DNA of 64,000 nt from Gemmatimonadota bacterium (GCA_036679605.1 JAZDCZ010000218.1:1-64000); one strand, 5' to 3'; positions 9,817-21,100 are shown, counted from the stretch's first letter. Numbers and translations: made by a program. The notes: generated from the sequence alone by a model not told the origin.

Positions 9817-12288
9817 ATGAACGGTTACAATTTCACCGACAGGGTGCGAAAAGTCCTCCAGATGGCTCGTGAAGAAGCAGCGCGGCTGCATCACGAGTAC
9901 GTCGGTACGGAACACATCCTGTTGGGGCTGATCCGCGAGGGTGAGGGGGTCGCCGCAGCAGTCCTAACAAACCTCAACGTTGACCTCGATGAGATCCAGC
10001 AGCGCATTGAGGAGACGGTGAAAAAAGGCAAGGTCCCTGCGCCCGAAGGGCCGGATCTCCCGTACACGTCACGCGCCAAGAAGGTACTAGAACTCGCCAT
10101 GGGCGAGGCCCGGGAACTCAACCACTCCTACGTTGGGACTGAGCATCTTCTGTTGGGTTTGCTACGGGAGGAAAAAGGGATCGCCGCGCAGGTGCTGAAT
10201 GACGCAGGTGTTACGCTTGAGCAAGCTCGAGCCGAAACATTACGGCTGTTGGGAAGCGACATGCCGTCACCGACCAAGGGCGAACCCGGCGCAGCTGCCG
10301 GACGACCAGAAAAGAAATCCAAGACACCAGCACTCGATCACTTCTGCCGCGACCTAACGAGTCTTGCTACCGAGGGGCAACTCGATCCCACAATCGGTAG
10401 GGAGATGGAGATCCAGCGAGTGATCGAGGTTCTATCTCGTCGCAAGAAGAACAACCCGGTGCTGATCGGAGAAGCGGGTGTCGGCAAGACGGCAATTGTT
10501 GAGGGCCTTGCCCAACTCATCGCATCGGGCAACGCACCTGAGTCGCTGCAGGGACACCGCGTGCTGGCTCTCGATATGGCTGCCGTAATAGCGGGTACGA
10601 AATACCGCGGGCAGTTTGAAGAACGGCTCAAGGCAGTGATGAACGAGATCGCGCAGAACAAGAACATAGTTCTCTTTATCGACGAGCTTCACACGTTGGT
10701 GGGCGCCGGTGCCGCCGAGGGCGCCATTGACGCTTCCAACATGCTCAAGCCGGCCCTTGCGCGCGGAGAACTCCAATGCGTCGGTGCATCGACCCTCAAC
10801 GAGTACCGCAAGTACATCGAGAAGGACGGGGCACTGGAGCGACGTTTCCAGACTGTGATCGTCGAACCTCCTACCGTTGACGAGACGTTAGAGATCTTGA
10901 AGGGCCTACGACAGCGTTACGAGGACCATCACAAAGTGTCCATTCCCGATGCTACGCTCGAGGCGGCTGGTCGGTTGGCGGAACGCTACATCACTGACCG
11001 ATTCTTGCCCGACAAGGCTATAGATGTGATCGACGAAGCGGCAGCACGCGCCCGTTTGGCCGCACAGGTTCCACCTCCGGAAGTCGAGAGTCTGAAGCAG
11101 GATCTCGAGAGGATCGATCAAGAAAAGGAAGAAGCTGTACGCGATCAGAATTTCGAACGAGCTGCTTCTCTGCGAGACCAGGAAAGAGAACTCCAGGCAG
11201 AAATTAGGCGATGTAGGGAAGAATGGGAGAAGGAGCGCCAGACGCACCGTCCAACAATCGGTGAGGAGGAAGTAGCGTTCATAGTTTCCCGCTGGACAGG
11301 CATTCCAGTACAGCGGTTACAGGAAGCCGAAACCCAGAGACTGCTTCGAATGGAGCAAGAACTTCACAAGTCCGTGGTCGGCCAGGACCCCGCAATCGAG
11401 GCGATTGCCCGCGCCATCAGGCGGTCCAGAGCGGGTCTCAAGGATCCAAAACGTCCCATTGGTACGTTCATTTTCTGCGGCCCTACCGGTGTCGGAAAAA
11501 CCGAGCTCGCCCGAGCCCTCGCGCGCTTTTTGTTCGCCGACGACCAGTCGTTGATTCGGATCGATATGTCGGAGTACATGGAAAAATTCAGCGTGAGCCG
11601 TTTGATCGGCGCTCCTCCTGGATACGTCGGTTACGAAGACTCCGGGTCTTTGACAAAGTCGATAAGACGCAAGCCATACGCTGTGGTGCTGCTAGACGAA
11701 ATAGAGAAGGCGCATCCGGACGTGTTCAACATCCTCTTACAGGTTTTGGATGAAGGCCACCTAACGGACAATTATGGCCGATTGATCGACTTCAAGAACA
11801 CAGTCGTGATCATGACGTCAAATGTTGGAGCGCGGGACATAACCAAGGGGAAGGCACTCGGATTCCAGCAATCCGAATCTCAGCTAGGGTACGACAAGAT
11901 GTCGGAGAAGATCAAAGATGAGATCAACCGCGTTTTCAATCCTGAGTTCCTGAACCGGTTGGACGATGTCATAGTGTTCCACCAACTCACGCGCGATCAC
12001 ATCAAAGACATTGTAGGCATCCTATTCGACCAACTTCGCGAACGCCTCATGGCTGAACGCATATCGTTGACGCGAACTGATGCGGCCACCGGTTTTCTGG
12101 TCGACCATGGATATGACGAACACTATGGAGCACGACCTCTCAAGCGAGCGATCCAGCGCTACATCGAGGATCCCCTCTCCGATAAGATTCTGGTCAAGGA
12201 GTTTGCCCCGGGAGATGAGGTCCGGGTCGACGTCGATCCTGACGGCGAGAAGCTGGTCTTCAGGGCGCTCTCGAACAGCAAGGCGTAA
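9817..12288 (+). CDS. clpC: ATP-dependent Clp protease ATPase subunit ClpC
   Basis: Two Clp-N repeats, [11 protein letters not shown] middle domain, GPTGVGKT and GAPPGYVGY. Confidence 0.95.
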   Translation: MNGYNFTDRVRKVLQMAREEAARLHHEYVGTEHILLGLIREGEGVAAAVLTNLNVDLDEIQQRIEETVKKGKVPAPEGPDLPYTSRAKKVLELAMGEARELNHSYVGTEHLLLGLLREEKGIAAQVLNDAGVTLEQARAETLRLLGSDMPSPTKGEPGAAAGRPEKKSKTPALDHFCRDLTSLATEGQLDPTIGREMEIQRVIEVLSRRKKNNPVLIGEAGVGKTAIVEGLAQLIASGNAPESLQGHRVLALDMAAVIAGTKYRGQFEERLKAVMNEIAQNKNIVLFIDELHTLVGAGAAEGAIDASNMLKPALARGELQCVGASTLNEYRKYIEKDGALERRFQTVIVEPPTVDETLEILKGLRQRYEDHHKVSIPDATLEAAGRLAERYITDRFLPDKAIDVIDEAAARARLAAQVPPPEVESLKQDLERIDQEKEEAVRDQNFERAASLRDQERELQAEIRRCREEWEKERQTHRPTIGEEEVAFIVSRWTGIPVQRLQEAETQRLLRMEQELHKSVVGQDPAIEAIARAIRRSRAGLKDPKRPIGTFIFCGPTGVGKTELARALARFLFADDQSLIRIDMSEYMEKFSVSRLIGAPPGYVGYEDSGSLTKSIRRKPYAVVLLDEIEKAHPDVFNILLQVLDEGHLTDNYGRLIDFKNTVVIMTSNVGARDITKGKALGFQQSESQLGYDKMSEKIKDEINRVFNPEFLNRLDDVIVFHQLTRDHIKDIVGILFDQLRERLMAERISLTRTDAATGFLVDHGYDEHYGARPLKRAIQRYIEDPLSDKILVKEFAPGDEVRVDVDPDGEKLVFRALSNSKA

Positions 12289-14681
12289 TGAAGGTTGTCG
12301 CATTTGCTGCCCTCCTAGTTGGTCTCGCTCCCGCCCCAATCTTCGGGCAGGGCCAGGCGGGTCAGCGCACGGTCGTTTTTGACAGCATTTCGGTAGAGGG
12401 CGTTCAACGTCTCACTCGAGAGACAGTCATCTTGCGCGCCAATGTTCCGTTGGGCACTCCTGTTGGATTCCGTGACATTCAGAACGCAATCGACATGCTC
12501 TATGCCACGGGACAGATATCTGATCTTCAAATGTTCCAAACAAGTGGCGCAGGGAAGAACATCCTGGTCATTGCAGTGACCGAGCGGCCGATGCTTGCGC
12601 GGTGGGCAGTGAGAGGGCCCAAGCAAATCAGCGAACGTAAGGTGCGTGGTAGGGTAAAGTTGCTCGAAGGCCGTCCTTACGACCCAGCCGTCGCTGCTGC
12701 TGCGCGCTCGGCTATTGATTCGCTCTACAAACAGAGCGGCTACTACACTGCAAAGATCGGACTCCGTACAATTACTCAAGATGACGGCAGTATCGCCGTG
12801 TTCTACGATGTTGAGGAGGGACGCCGTGTTACGCTTTCCGAGATCATCATAGAGAAAAACGATGCGTTTTCGGATTCTGAGGTGGCCGGTAAGATGAGCA
12901 GCGGAACAGAAGGCTTCTGGTGGTGGAAGAAGGGAGAATACAGTGAGGATGTGCTGGATGCTGACATAAGGAGCCAGCTCCCCGAATTTTACGGATCAGA
13001 AGGATATATAGACTTCCACGTGCAGAGCGACACACTCATTGTCGACGAAGAAACTGGTAAGGGATCGTTGTTGCTTTCGGTATCGGAAGGTAACAGGTAT
13101 GAGGTCGGGAGCTTCGAGATAAGAGGCAACCATTACTTCTCAACCGAACAACTCGAGCAGGTCTATCCCTTTCGCAATACAGATGCAGCAGCCTTTAGCG
13201 CCAGAGCTATTGCACCCAGCCGACGTCAATTCGACAGGGACAAATGGGATGCGGCCACAGAACAGGTCAGCCAGTTCTACTCGAATAGCGGATATATCTA
13301 CGCTCGCGTCAACCAGTCGATCGACCGGCGGACGACCCCGGATGGGCGTAACGTTGTCGACCTCAAGTGGGACATCGTCGAGGGATCTCCCGCTATCGTC
13401 AACAAGGTGATCATTCGCGGCAACAACGTCACACACGAGGATGTGATCCGGCGCGCCATAATCGTGGTACCCGGAGATCTGTTCCGCCAAGACGCTTTCA
13501 TTCAGTCGTACCAAAATCTTTCAAACCTCGGATTCTTCGAACAACCCCTGCCAATTCCGCAAACCAGTCCGTCCAACAATCAGGGCGACATCGACGTGAT
13601 ATTCACAGTAATCGAAAAACATACAGGCAATGTCAACTTCGGCGCTTCGGTAGGGCAGGGCATTGGTGTAGGAGGTTTCATCGGCTTGGACGAGCCCAAC
13701 CTGTTCGGGCGCGGTAAACACATTCAGTTCCAGTGGCAGTTCGGACGAAACATCAGTGACTTCAACATCACGTACACTGATCCATCATTGCGTGGTGGGC
13801 TCATTTCCACCACGCTTTCGGCTCACAGTTCGCGCCTGCGATTCACCGTTGCAGACCTCGGACGCATCACATCACGTGGATTGAGTGTGCAATTCGGATT
13901 TCCCATCCTTAGCTCTCGAAACACTCGGCTCCAGACGTCGTACTCGATCGAGCAGAGTGAATTCAACTCCCCGACGCTGTCATCACGGTTTACGTGCGGG
14001 AGCTGTATTCTATCTACTGCCGGCCTTGGCATAGTGCGAGACACTCGAATTGGTCTACCGTTCCCGGTTGCCGGCACTATGCATCAAATCAGGGTTACGC
14101 AAAACGGGGGCCCACTCGGTGGTAGCGGTAATTTTCGACGAGGTACGGTCGAGGGGCGGTGGTATGCTCCCCTTGGACGGATCGGAGGAACCGGGCAGCT
14201 TGGCTCGGAGGGCATTCAGTTAGTGCTCGGAATGAAGAGTCAATCCGGTTTCGTTTGGGGGAATATCGGTCCACACTTTCGCCAACTCTTCTCAATGGGC
14301 GGCACCCAGTTCGGAATTCCGCTGCGGGGCTATGAGGAATTCTCCATCACGCCATTGGGATTTGACGCAGGAGCCAGCAGCTTCCGGGCCAACACCGTGA
14401 ACGCCTTTGGCGCCTCCTATTTCCAATCGACGGCTGAGATCGGGGCACGATTCAGCTCACAACTCTATCTCAATACCTTCTTTGATGCAGGCAACGTTTG
14501 GGCGCGTCCTAGCCAATTCAACCCAACCCGCTTGTTCCGCGGTGCTGGAATCGGCGTCAGCCTAATGTCACCACTCGGTCCCATTGGATTGGACTACGCG
14601 TACGGATTCGATCGCAGGGACCTGCTGGGGAATAGCGACCCTGGTTGGAAATTGCATTTCAAGTTGGGAAATTTTTTCTAG
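12288..14681 (+). CDS. bamA: Outer-membrane protein assembly factor BamA
   Basis: Signal peptide, POTRA repeats, NLFGRG, LRGY loop, SPLGPIGLDYAYG and C-terminal Phe. Confidence 0.93.
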   Translation: MKVVAFAALLVGLAPAPIFGQGQAGQRTVVFDSISVEGVQRLTRETVILRANVPLGTPVGFRDIQNAIDMLYATGQISDLQMFQTSGAGKNILVIAVTERPMLARWAVRGPKQISERKVRGRVKLLEGRPYDPAVAAAARSAIDSLYKQSGYYTAKIGLRTITQDDGSIAVFYDVEEGRRVTLSEIIIEKNDAFSDSEVAGKMSSGTEGFWWWKKGEYSEDVLDADIRSQLPEFYGSEGYIDFHVQSDTLIVDEETGKGSLLLSVSEGNRYEVGSFEIRGNHYFSTEQLEQVYPFRNTDAAAFSARAIAPSRRQFDRDKWDAATEQVSQFYSNSGYIYARVNQSIDRRTTPDGRNVVDLKWDIVEGSPAIVNKVIIRGNNVTHEDVIRRAIIVVPGDLFRQDAFIQSYQNLSNLGFFEQPLPIPQTSPSNNQGDIDVIFTVIEKHTGNVNFGASVGQGIGVGGFIGLDEPNLFGRGKHIQFQWQFGRNISDFNITYTDPSLRGGLISTTLSAHSSRLRFTVADLGRITSRGLSVQFGFPILSSRNTRLQTSYSIEQSEFNSPTLSSRFTCGSCILSTAGLGIVRDTRIGLPFPVAGTMHQIRVTQNGGPLGGSGNFRRGTVEGRWYAPLGRIGGTGQLGSEGIQLVLGMKSQSGFVWGNIGPHFRQLFSMGGTQFGIPLRGYEEFSITPLGFDAGASSFRANTVNAFGASYFQSTAEIGARFSSQLYLNTFFDAGNVWARPSQFNPTRLFRGAGIGVSLMSPLGPIGLDYAYGFDRRDLLGNSDPGWKLHFKLGNFF

Positions 14682-14726
14682 AATGTCACATAGCAAAGTT
14701 GAAACTAAATACCACAATACACGCAC

Positions 14727-15269
14727 ATGGAGAGAAAAATGGCCCGTTGGGCAATCGCCGCATCGATCGTTTTGATCATGGTGGGAACGGGGGCAATCAA
14801 CGAGGACTCCCGAGTTGGGTTCGTGAACTCCGACATCGTCTTGCAGCAAACCCCCGGATTCGCAACTGCCGATTCGACGCTGGCAGCCGACGTGCAAAAC
14901 TTCCGGGACGAAGCTCTATCGCTGCGACAGCAGATGGACTCTGCGAGCAAAGCCTTTGACCAGCAACAGACAATGCTGAGTCCAGCTGCGCGCGACGCGA
15001 AGGTGCTGGAGCTGCAACAGATGGGTCAGCGCTTCCAGCAGCGGACAGACGAATTGAATGGCCGCGTGCAGGAACGCCAACGAGAACTCATGGCTCCGCT
15101 AGAGGCAAGGATCCAGACGGTTATCGATGGAGTGCGGGCCGAAAGGAATCTGTCCATCGTGTTCGATATAGCAGCGGCTCGTGGAGTAATTATTTCGGCC
15201 GACCCAACACTCGATCTCACGTCACTCATCGTGAGCCGTATTCGCGGTACCCAAGGTGGTAACGAGTAG
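14727..15269 (+). CDS. skp: Periplasmic chaperone Skp/OmpH
   Basis: Signal peptide, VGFVN, Gln-rich coiled coil and DLT ending; lies between bamA and lpxD. Confidence 0.88.
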   Translation: MERKMARWAIAASIVLIMVGTGAINEDSRVGFVNSDIVLQQTPGFATADSTLAADVQNFRDEALSLRQQMDSASKAFDQQQTMLSPAARDAKVLELQQMGQRFQQRTDELNGRVQERQRELMAPLEARIQTVIDGVRAERNLSIVFDIAAARGVIISADPTLDLTSLIVSRIRGTQGGNE

Positions 15270-16314
15270 ACCGGCCGGTCCGCCACAAGCTAGCACCCTC
15301 ACCACCGGCCAAATTGCCGAGCTAGTCGGAGGACGGCTAGTCGGTCGTCGCGACACGATTCTGACTGGTGTTGCGGCGCTTGACAGGGCGGGCCCAACCG
15401 ATCTTTCGTTTCTTGCATCGGGCAGATATCTGCCTTATTTTGAACGCACTAGCGCGGGTGCGGTGCTGACGACTCCTGAGTTCGGGGACGTCGCCACCGG
15501 ATCCGCGACTCTTGTTCTGGTGGATGACGCCCGCATGGCAATGAGTTGCGTTCTACGTACCATGTATCCCAAACCGGAGACCGTGTGGGGGGTTCACCCA
15601 ACCGCAAGAGTAGCTAGCGGCGCCCGGTGGAATGATCGAATATCACTGGGTGCCCACGCTACCCTCGGCGCGAACGTTCACTTGGGAAGTAACTGCATAG
15701 TGGGCCCATTTGCAGTGATAGCGGACTACGCCGTACTTGGCGACGCGTGCGAGATCGGAGCGCACGCGCTGATTCATTCGGGCACGCAGATGGGCAACCG
15801 AGTGCTGGTAAAGGCAGGAGCGAGAGTAGGATCGTCCGGTTTTGGCTACGTACAGGTGGACTCAGTACATGAGCGAATCAACCATGTTGGCGGCTGTGTT
15901 CTTGGTGATGACGTAGAGGTGGGCGCTAACACGACTGTCGACCGTGGCAGTCTAGATGAAACAGTGATTGGCAAGGGAACGAAAATCGACAACCTGGTTC
16001 AAGTGGGCCACAACGTGCGCATAGGCGCGCGCTGCCTGATCATGGCTCAGGTAGGCGTGGCAGGAAGCGTGACTGTTGAAGACAACGTTCTTCTTGCCGG
16101 CCAGGCAGGTCTTGCCGGTCACCTAACGGTTGGTCGCGGTGCGCGCGTAGCTGCGCAAGCCGGCGTCATTGGCAATATCCCCGCTGGCGCTACCGTGTCG
16201 GGATATCCCGCGCGGTCTCACCGAGCGGTGCTGCGGCAGACTGCCGCCCTCAAAAAACTTGCAACCATGACGCCGACTATCGAACGGCTTTTGGAGTCGA
16301 ATGTCGGAGAGTAG
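15256..16314 (+). CDS. lpxD: UDP-3-O-acyl-glucosamine N-acyltransferase
   Basis: Hexapeptide repeats, GFGY, VEVGANTTVDRG and KIDNLVQVGHNV. Confidence 0.95.
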   Translation: MVTSRPAGPPQASTLTTGQIAELVGGRLVGRRDTILTGVAALDRAGPTDLSFLASGRYLPYFERTSAGAVLTTPEFGDVATGSATLVLVDDARMAMSCVLRTMYPKPETVWGVHPTARVASGARWNDRISLGAHATLGANVHLGSNCIVGPFAVIADYAVLGDACEIGAHALIHSGTQMGNRVLVKAGARVGSSGFGYVQVDSVHERINHVGGCVLGDDVEVGANTTVDRGSLDETVIGKGTKIDNLVQVGHNVRIGARCLIMAQVGVAGSVTVEDNVLLAGQAGLAGHLTVGRGARVAAQAGVIGNIPAGATVSGYPARSHRAVLRQTAALKKLATMTPTIERLLESNVGE

Positions 16315-17578
16315 AAGATCTGTCACTCAGCCCACCAGCGTTGAAGGAATAGGCATCCACACGGGTTCGGCGGCCAAGGTCACGTTCCGGCCAGCTGAGG
16401 TCGATCACGGCGTCGCATTCAGGCGTACGGACATCGAGGGCTCACCGACGATACGAGCCCGCACTTCATCGGTTCACAACGCTGAACGTCGAACCTGTTT
16501 GGGCAACGGCGATGCCACTGTAGAAACTGTTGAGCATGTCTTGGCGGCGGTAGCGGCGTTAGAGATCGACGACATTCTGATCGACATGGAAGGTCCTGAA
16601 TTACCAATCGCCGACGGCAGTGCCGACGCATTTGTCAAAGCGCTAACCGCAGCGGTGCCGACAGAGGTCGGGGGAACTCCCACGTATCATCGAATCCGCA
16701 CACCGTTCGTCGTTCGGAAAGGTGGTGCAACTTATTCCGTAACACCAAGTGAGCAGACGCGTCTGACCGTCACTATTGAGTGGGATCATCCGCTCATCGG
16801 CCGCCAATCCGGATGCTTTGACATTACGCCGCACGAATTCGAGAGCCAACTTGCACAGGCTCGTACTTTTGGATTCGAGCGAGAAGCTGAGGCTCTCCGC
16901 TCCCAGGGACTGGCTCGAGGAGCAACGGAAAGCAACGCGATCGTGCTTTCCGACCAAGGCATTATAGGCAACGCACTCATCTGGCCCGACGAGTTCGTGC
17001 GGCACAAGACGGTTGACCTGTTGGGCGATCTAGCTCTGCTTGGCGGTAGGTTCAAGGGAGAGATCACCGCGTTTCGGCCCAGTCATGAAGGGAACCTGGC
17101 ACTCGCCCGGTCGATCGAGCGTTCGTCTCTGAGCCAAGGTCAATCTGCCCTCGGCATTCAGGAGATCCTTGGCGCTATGCCGCACCGCTATCCGATGTTG
17201 TTCGTAGACAGAATCCTCGAGATTGAGACGGGCAAGCGAATCGTGGGCATCAAGAACGTTACGATCAACGAACCCTTCTTTCAGGGACATTTTCCCGAGC
17301 ACCCGATCATGCCAGGGGTTCTAGTGGTAGAGGCAATGGCTCAGGTGGGCGGGATGCTTCTCATGGGCGCCTTCGACAATCCGGAAGACAAGGTTGTCTA
17401 CTTCATGTCGATAGACAAAGTGAAGTTCCGCAAGCCTGTGATTCCCGGTGACCAGATTCGCTTCGAACTCGAGATGCTGCACTTCCGCGGCCGCAACTGT
17501 CGAATGCATGGAGTCGGTTACGTGGATGGCCAACCGGTCGCCGAAGCCGAGATGATGGCCCGGGTCGTAGACAAGTGA
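16301..17578 (+). CDS. lpxC-fabZ: Bifunctional LpxC deacetylase / FabZ dehydratase fusion
   Basis: GIGIHTG, TVEH, DGSA and HKTVDLLGDL, then PHRYPMLFVD and FFQGHFP..PIMPGVL. Confidence 0.95.
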   Translation: MSESRRSVTQPTSVEGIGIHTGSAAKVTFRPAEVDHGVAFRRTDIEGSPTIRARTSSVHNAERRTCLGNGDATVETVEHVLAAVAALEIDDILIDMEGPELPIADGSADAFVKALTAAVPTEVGGTPTYHRIRTPFVVRKGGATYSVTPSEQTRLTVTIEWDHPLIGRQSGCFDITPHEFESQLAQARTFGFEREAEALRSQGLARGATESNAIVLSDQGIIGNALIWPDEFVRHKTVDLLGDLALLGGRFKGEITAFRPSHEGNLALARSIERSSLSQGQSALGIQEILGAMPHRYPMLFVDRILEIETGKRIVGIKNVTINEPFFQGHFPEHPIMPGVLVVEAMAQVGGMLLMGAFDNPEDKVVYFMSIDKVKFRKPVIPGDQIRFELEMLHFRGRNCRMHGVGYVDGQPVAEAEMMARVVDK

Positions 17579-18351
17579 CCCCACGAATTCACCCCACCGC
17601 GCTGGTGGATTCTGACGCAATGTTGGATTCAGATGTGAGGGTGGGGCCATATTCGATCATCGGTCCCAGCGTGACAATCAAAAAGGGCACTACCATTGCC
17701 TCCCATGCCGTTGTGGAGAGGAACACTCGCATCGGCAGTGATTGTTACGTCGGAACGGGAACGGTGCTGGGAGGTGAGCCGCAAGACAGGAAATTCGAGC
17801 AAGAGGAAACATGGCTGGAAATAGGCGACAACACGTCCATTAGAGAATACTGCACGATCAACCGGGGCACGGCGGCAAGGGGAACCACGTCGGTCGGACC
17901 GAACTGCTTCATAATGAGCTATGTGCATATCGCACACGATTGCGTTGTTGAGAACGACGCAGTGATCTCCAACATGGTTCAGCTAGCCGGACACGTCCAC
18001 ATCGAGCCGCACGCGACCATCGGCGGTCTGACTCCTGTACACCAGTTCGTGCGCATCGGCACGCACGCCTTCGTCGGTGGAGGATCCCGCCTGCCCCAAG
18101 ATGTCCCACCATACACGAGAGCTGCGGGTAATCCTTATAAGCTATACGGGATCAATACGATCGGACTGACGCGAGCCGGATTCCACACAGATGTTAAGAT
18201 GGCCCTCAAGCAGGCCTACCGCCTTCTTTTTAATTCAGATCTGACGCCGTCACAGGCCATAGACCGACTCCGCCATGAGAGCGGAACGATCGATGAGGTG
18301 ATGCACCTTGTCGAATTCGTGGCTTGCTCCGAACGGGGGGTGCTCGTCTGA
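17575..18351 (+). CDS. lpxA: UDP-N-acetylglucosamine O-acyltransferase
   Basis: IHPTA, PQD, IREYCTINRGT, HIAHDC, VHQF and QDVPPY. Confidence 0.96.
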   Translation: MTPRIHPTALVDSDAMLDSDVRVGPYSIIGPSVTIKKGTTIASHAVVERNTRIGSDCYVGTGTVLGGEPQDRKFEQEETWLEIGDNTSIREYCTINRGTAARGTTSVGPNCFIMSYVHIAHDCVVENDAVISNMVQLAGHVHIEPHATIGGLTPVHQFVRIGTHAFVGGGSRLPQDVPPYTRAAGNPYKLYGINTIGLTRAGFHTDVKMALKQAYRLLFNSDLTPSQAIDRLRHESGTIDEVMHLVEFVACSERGVLV

Positions 18352-19451
18352 CCCGAATCCTCGTGTCGGCCGGCGAACTCTCGGGCGATGCACACGGCGC
18401 CAACCTCATCACCGCTCTGCACAACGCTCTCCCCGATGTTGTCGTGGATGGCCTGGGTGGACCGCTGATGGCTTCCGCGGGAGCCAACATCATCGAGCCC
18501 TTCGACAAAATGCGGGTCATGGGGCTGGCGGAGACAGCGAAGAATCTTCCGGATCATTGGCTTCTATTGAGGCGGTTGAAGCGGAGCTTTCTCACTGGTC
18601 GCTACGACCTCGCCATACTCATTGATTATCCCGGCTTCCATCTTCGGGTTGCCAAGGCCGCTGCAGACGCCGGGATTCCCGTCCTGTATTACATTGTACC
18701 CCAACTCTGGGCCTGGGGTGAGTGGCGTGCCAAGTCAATGCGTCGATCAGTTCGATCGGCGGCCGTAGTTCTACCGTTCGAGGAAACGTTCTTTCGGACA
18801 CGAGGGATCGAGGCGGAGTTCGTGGGACACCCGCTATTGGATATGCCTCCTCCTCCATCACGATCAGACGCACGTGCGGCGATCGGGCTGAGCGATGATG
18901 AGCCAGTGCTGGGGTTGTTTCCCGGAAGCAGACCTCAGGAAATACAAAGGCTGTGGCCAGTTTTCCGGAAAACAGCGAAAACACTGAAAAGGAATCTGCC
19001 TGGACTCAAGATCGTGTTGGCCGGAGTCTCGGGACTGACATATTCAGATGACGGCGACGTGATCCACCTACATGACGCACGCGCGGTTTTCGCCGCGGCC
19101 GATGCCGCCCTCTGCAAATCGGGTACGACTACCCTCGAGGCAGCGCTCACCGATACACCGATGGTGATCGCCTATCAGATGCATCCGCTCACCTTCGCCG
19201 TAGCACGGCGAGTCGTGAAGTTGCGCCACATAGGTCTGGTGAACTTGCTGGCCGGCCGTGGCGTAGCACCCGAGTTCCTACAGGGTGACGCTACCACTGA
19301 GCGGCTCGTAGAAGCCATTGCTCGACTCTTTGACTCGGACGACGAGTCCGCATCGAAGCAGAAGGAGGCGTTCCATCAAGTTCGCAATGCCCTGGGCAGC
19401 CCAGGCGCAGGCGTTCGAGTAGCTGAGATGGCGCGACGTCTGGTAGCCTAG
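18324..19451 (+). CDS. lpxB: Lipid-A-disaccharide synthase
   Basis: AGELSGD, IDYPGF, PQLWAW, FVGHPL, PGSR and SGTTTLE. Start codon uncertain. Confidence 0.94.
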   Translation: MLRTGGARLTRILVSAGELSGDAHGANLITALHNALPDVVVDGLGGPLMASAGANIIEPFDKMRVMGLAETAKNLPDHWLLLRRLKRSFLTGRYDLAILIDYPGFHLRVAKAAADAGIPVLYYIVPQLWAWGEWRAKSMRRSVRSAAVVLPFEETFFRTRGIEAEFVGHPLLDMPPPPSRSDARAAIGLSDDEPVLGLFPGSRPQEIQRLWPVFRKTAKTLKRNLPGLKIVLAGVSGLTYSDDGDVIHLHDARAVFAAADAALCKSGTTTLEAALTDTPMVIAYQMHPLTFAVARRVVKLRHIGLVNLLAGRGVAPEFLQGDATTERLVEAIARLFDSDDESASKQKEAFHQVRNALGSPGAGVRVAEMARRLVA

Positions 19452-20068
19452 TGCGAAAGCTCCTGGAATCAGTGGTTGGTCGGTGCGTTGGCATCCTAGC
19501 CCATACCTGGCACGTCGAGATAGTAGGGGACGATCAAGTCGAGCAGCTGAGGCGAGATGGAACTCCAATCGTTTTTGCTGTGTGGCATGGCTACATGTTG
19601 GCGCCACTATGGCATCGCAGAGGTCAGGGCATCACTCTTCTCGTGAGTCAGCACCAGGACGGCGGGTACCTTTCGCGTGCGGCGAAGTATTGGGGGTTCT
19701 CAGTTGTGCGGGGCTCGAGTACAAGAGGGGCGATCGGAGGACTGCTGGGCCTAATGAGGACTCTAGCGGCAGGCGGTGAAGTGGCACTCACACCGGACGG
19801 TCCTCGTGGCCCCGCCCGCGTTGCGAAACCGGGTACCCTTGCTGTAGCTCGACGTTCCCAGGCTGCCATTGTACCTGTTGGTGCCGGTGCCTCAGCCTGG
19901 TGGCGGTTCCGGTCTTGGGATCGTTTCGCTGTTCCTCGACCGTTTGCAAAGGTACGGGTCGTATACGGTGTTCCTCTTAAACGAGCAGGCGTCACTGATT
20001 CGCCAGATGGCGGCACTGAACTGTTGGGGTGTCGCCTTGACCAAGTTCAACGGCTGGCAGAGTGCTGA
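19451..20068 (+). CDS. DUF374 acyltransferase-family protein (LpxJ-like)
   Basis: WHG, VSQHQDG, VRGSSTRG, TPDGPRGP and SWDRF..PRPF; lies between lpxB and lpxK. Confidence 0.82.
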   Translation: MRKLLESVVGRCVGILAHTWHVEIVGDDQVEQLRRDGTPIVFAVWHGYMLAPLWHRRGQGITLLVSQHQDGGYLSRAAKYWGFSVVRGSSTRGAIGGLLGLMRTLAAGGEVALTPDGPRGPARVAKPGTLAVARRSQAAIVPVGAGASAWWRFRSWDRFAVPRPFAKVRVVYGVPLKRAGVTDSPDGGTELLGCRLDQVQRLAEC

Positions 20069-21096
20069 CCCCGCACTGGCTCTGGGCAAATCGCTCGCTC
20101 AAGGCTCGGCTGGCCCGCTTGGCGCTAGTTCCTCCCTCGCTCGTTTTTCGCGGGATCACAGCCATGCGCGCACGCGCCTACAAGGCACGCCTGTTCCCTC
20201 AGCACACACCGCCCGTCCCAGCGGTGGCAGTTGGTAATCTTACGGTAGGGGGATCCGGCAAGACTCCGATTGCTGCCTGGATAGCAGCATACTACGTGGA
20301 GCGAGGCTTGAGGCCCGGGATACTACTTCGCGGCTACGGTGGCGACGAAGGCGCAGTTCATCGTGGCCTAGTCAAGGAGGCCATTGTAGTCGAGAACCCC
20401 GATAGGATTGCCGGGGCCCGGCAGGCAGTGGATTTGGGCGCCGATGTCTTAATACTAGATGACGCTTTCCAGCGACTCGATGTGCGACGTGATCTCAACA
20501 TCGCGGTCGTAAGCGCTGAGTCGGTCCGGGCGGTCCAGTGGACTCTGCCAGCAGGACCTTGGAGAGAGAGTTGGCGCGCCTTGCGCCGCGCTGACCTGAT
20601 TATCGTTACGCGAAAGCGAGCGAGCGTGGAGGCAGCACAACGCGTTGCCCGTCGTGCTGAGCGAACAGCTCGCACGACGCCCGTATTGATGGCGCGCCTA
20701 GGAGTGACCGGGTTTCGTGGCCTCATCAGCGATACTCCGCTCGACGCTCGCGAGATCAGAGGAGCACGTGTTGTTGCAGCTGCCGGCATCGCCGACCCTG
20801 GCGCATTTGGTGCGCAGTGCCAGGCACTTGGGGCCGAGGTAAGATTACTTCCTTGGAACGACCATCACCGTTTCTCGCAACGCGATATCGGACGCCTTGT
20901 ACGCGCGGCACGACGCGCTGACTACATAGTCGTAACCGAAAAGGATGCTGTTAAACTCAGAGACCAGTGGCCCTCGAACGAAACTGAGCCATTGGTCGCT
21001 TCACTCGACATCGAGTGGGAGAGTGGTCGCCGGACGCTCGAAAGAGCGCTTGATGCCGCCGTCGATTCTGTCGACGACGTTTTAACCTACACTTGA
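20062..21096 (+). CDS. lpxK: Tetraacyldisaccharide 4'-kinase
   Basis: [33 protein letters not shown] and TEKDAVK. Confidence 0.94.
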   Translation: MLTPHWLWANRSLKARLARLALVPPSLVFRGITAMRARAYKARLFPQHTPPVPAVAVGNLTVGGSGKTPIAAWIAAYYVERGLRPGILLRGYGGDEGAVHRGLVKEAIVVENPDRIAGARQAVDLGADVLILDDAFQRLDVRRDLNIAVVSAESVRAVQWTLPAGPWRESWRALRRADLIIVTRKRASVEAAQRVARRAERTARTTPVLMARLGVTGFRGLISDTPLDAREIRGARVVAAAGIADPGAFGAQCQALGAEVRLLPWNDHHRFSQRDIGRLVRAARRADYIVVTEKDAVKLRDQWPSNETEPLVASLDIEWESGRRTLERALDAAVDSVDDVLTYT

Positions 21097-21100
21097 CCGG

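Noticed and set aside
16301..17578. LpxC-FabZ fusion as a novelty
   Set aside because: A known fusion in Bacteroidota and related lineages.
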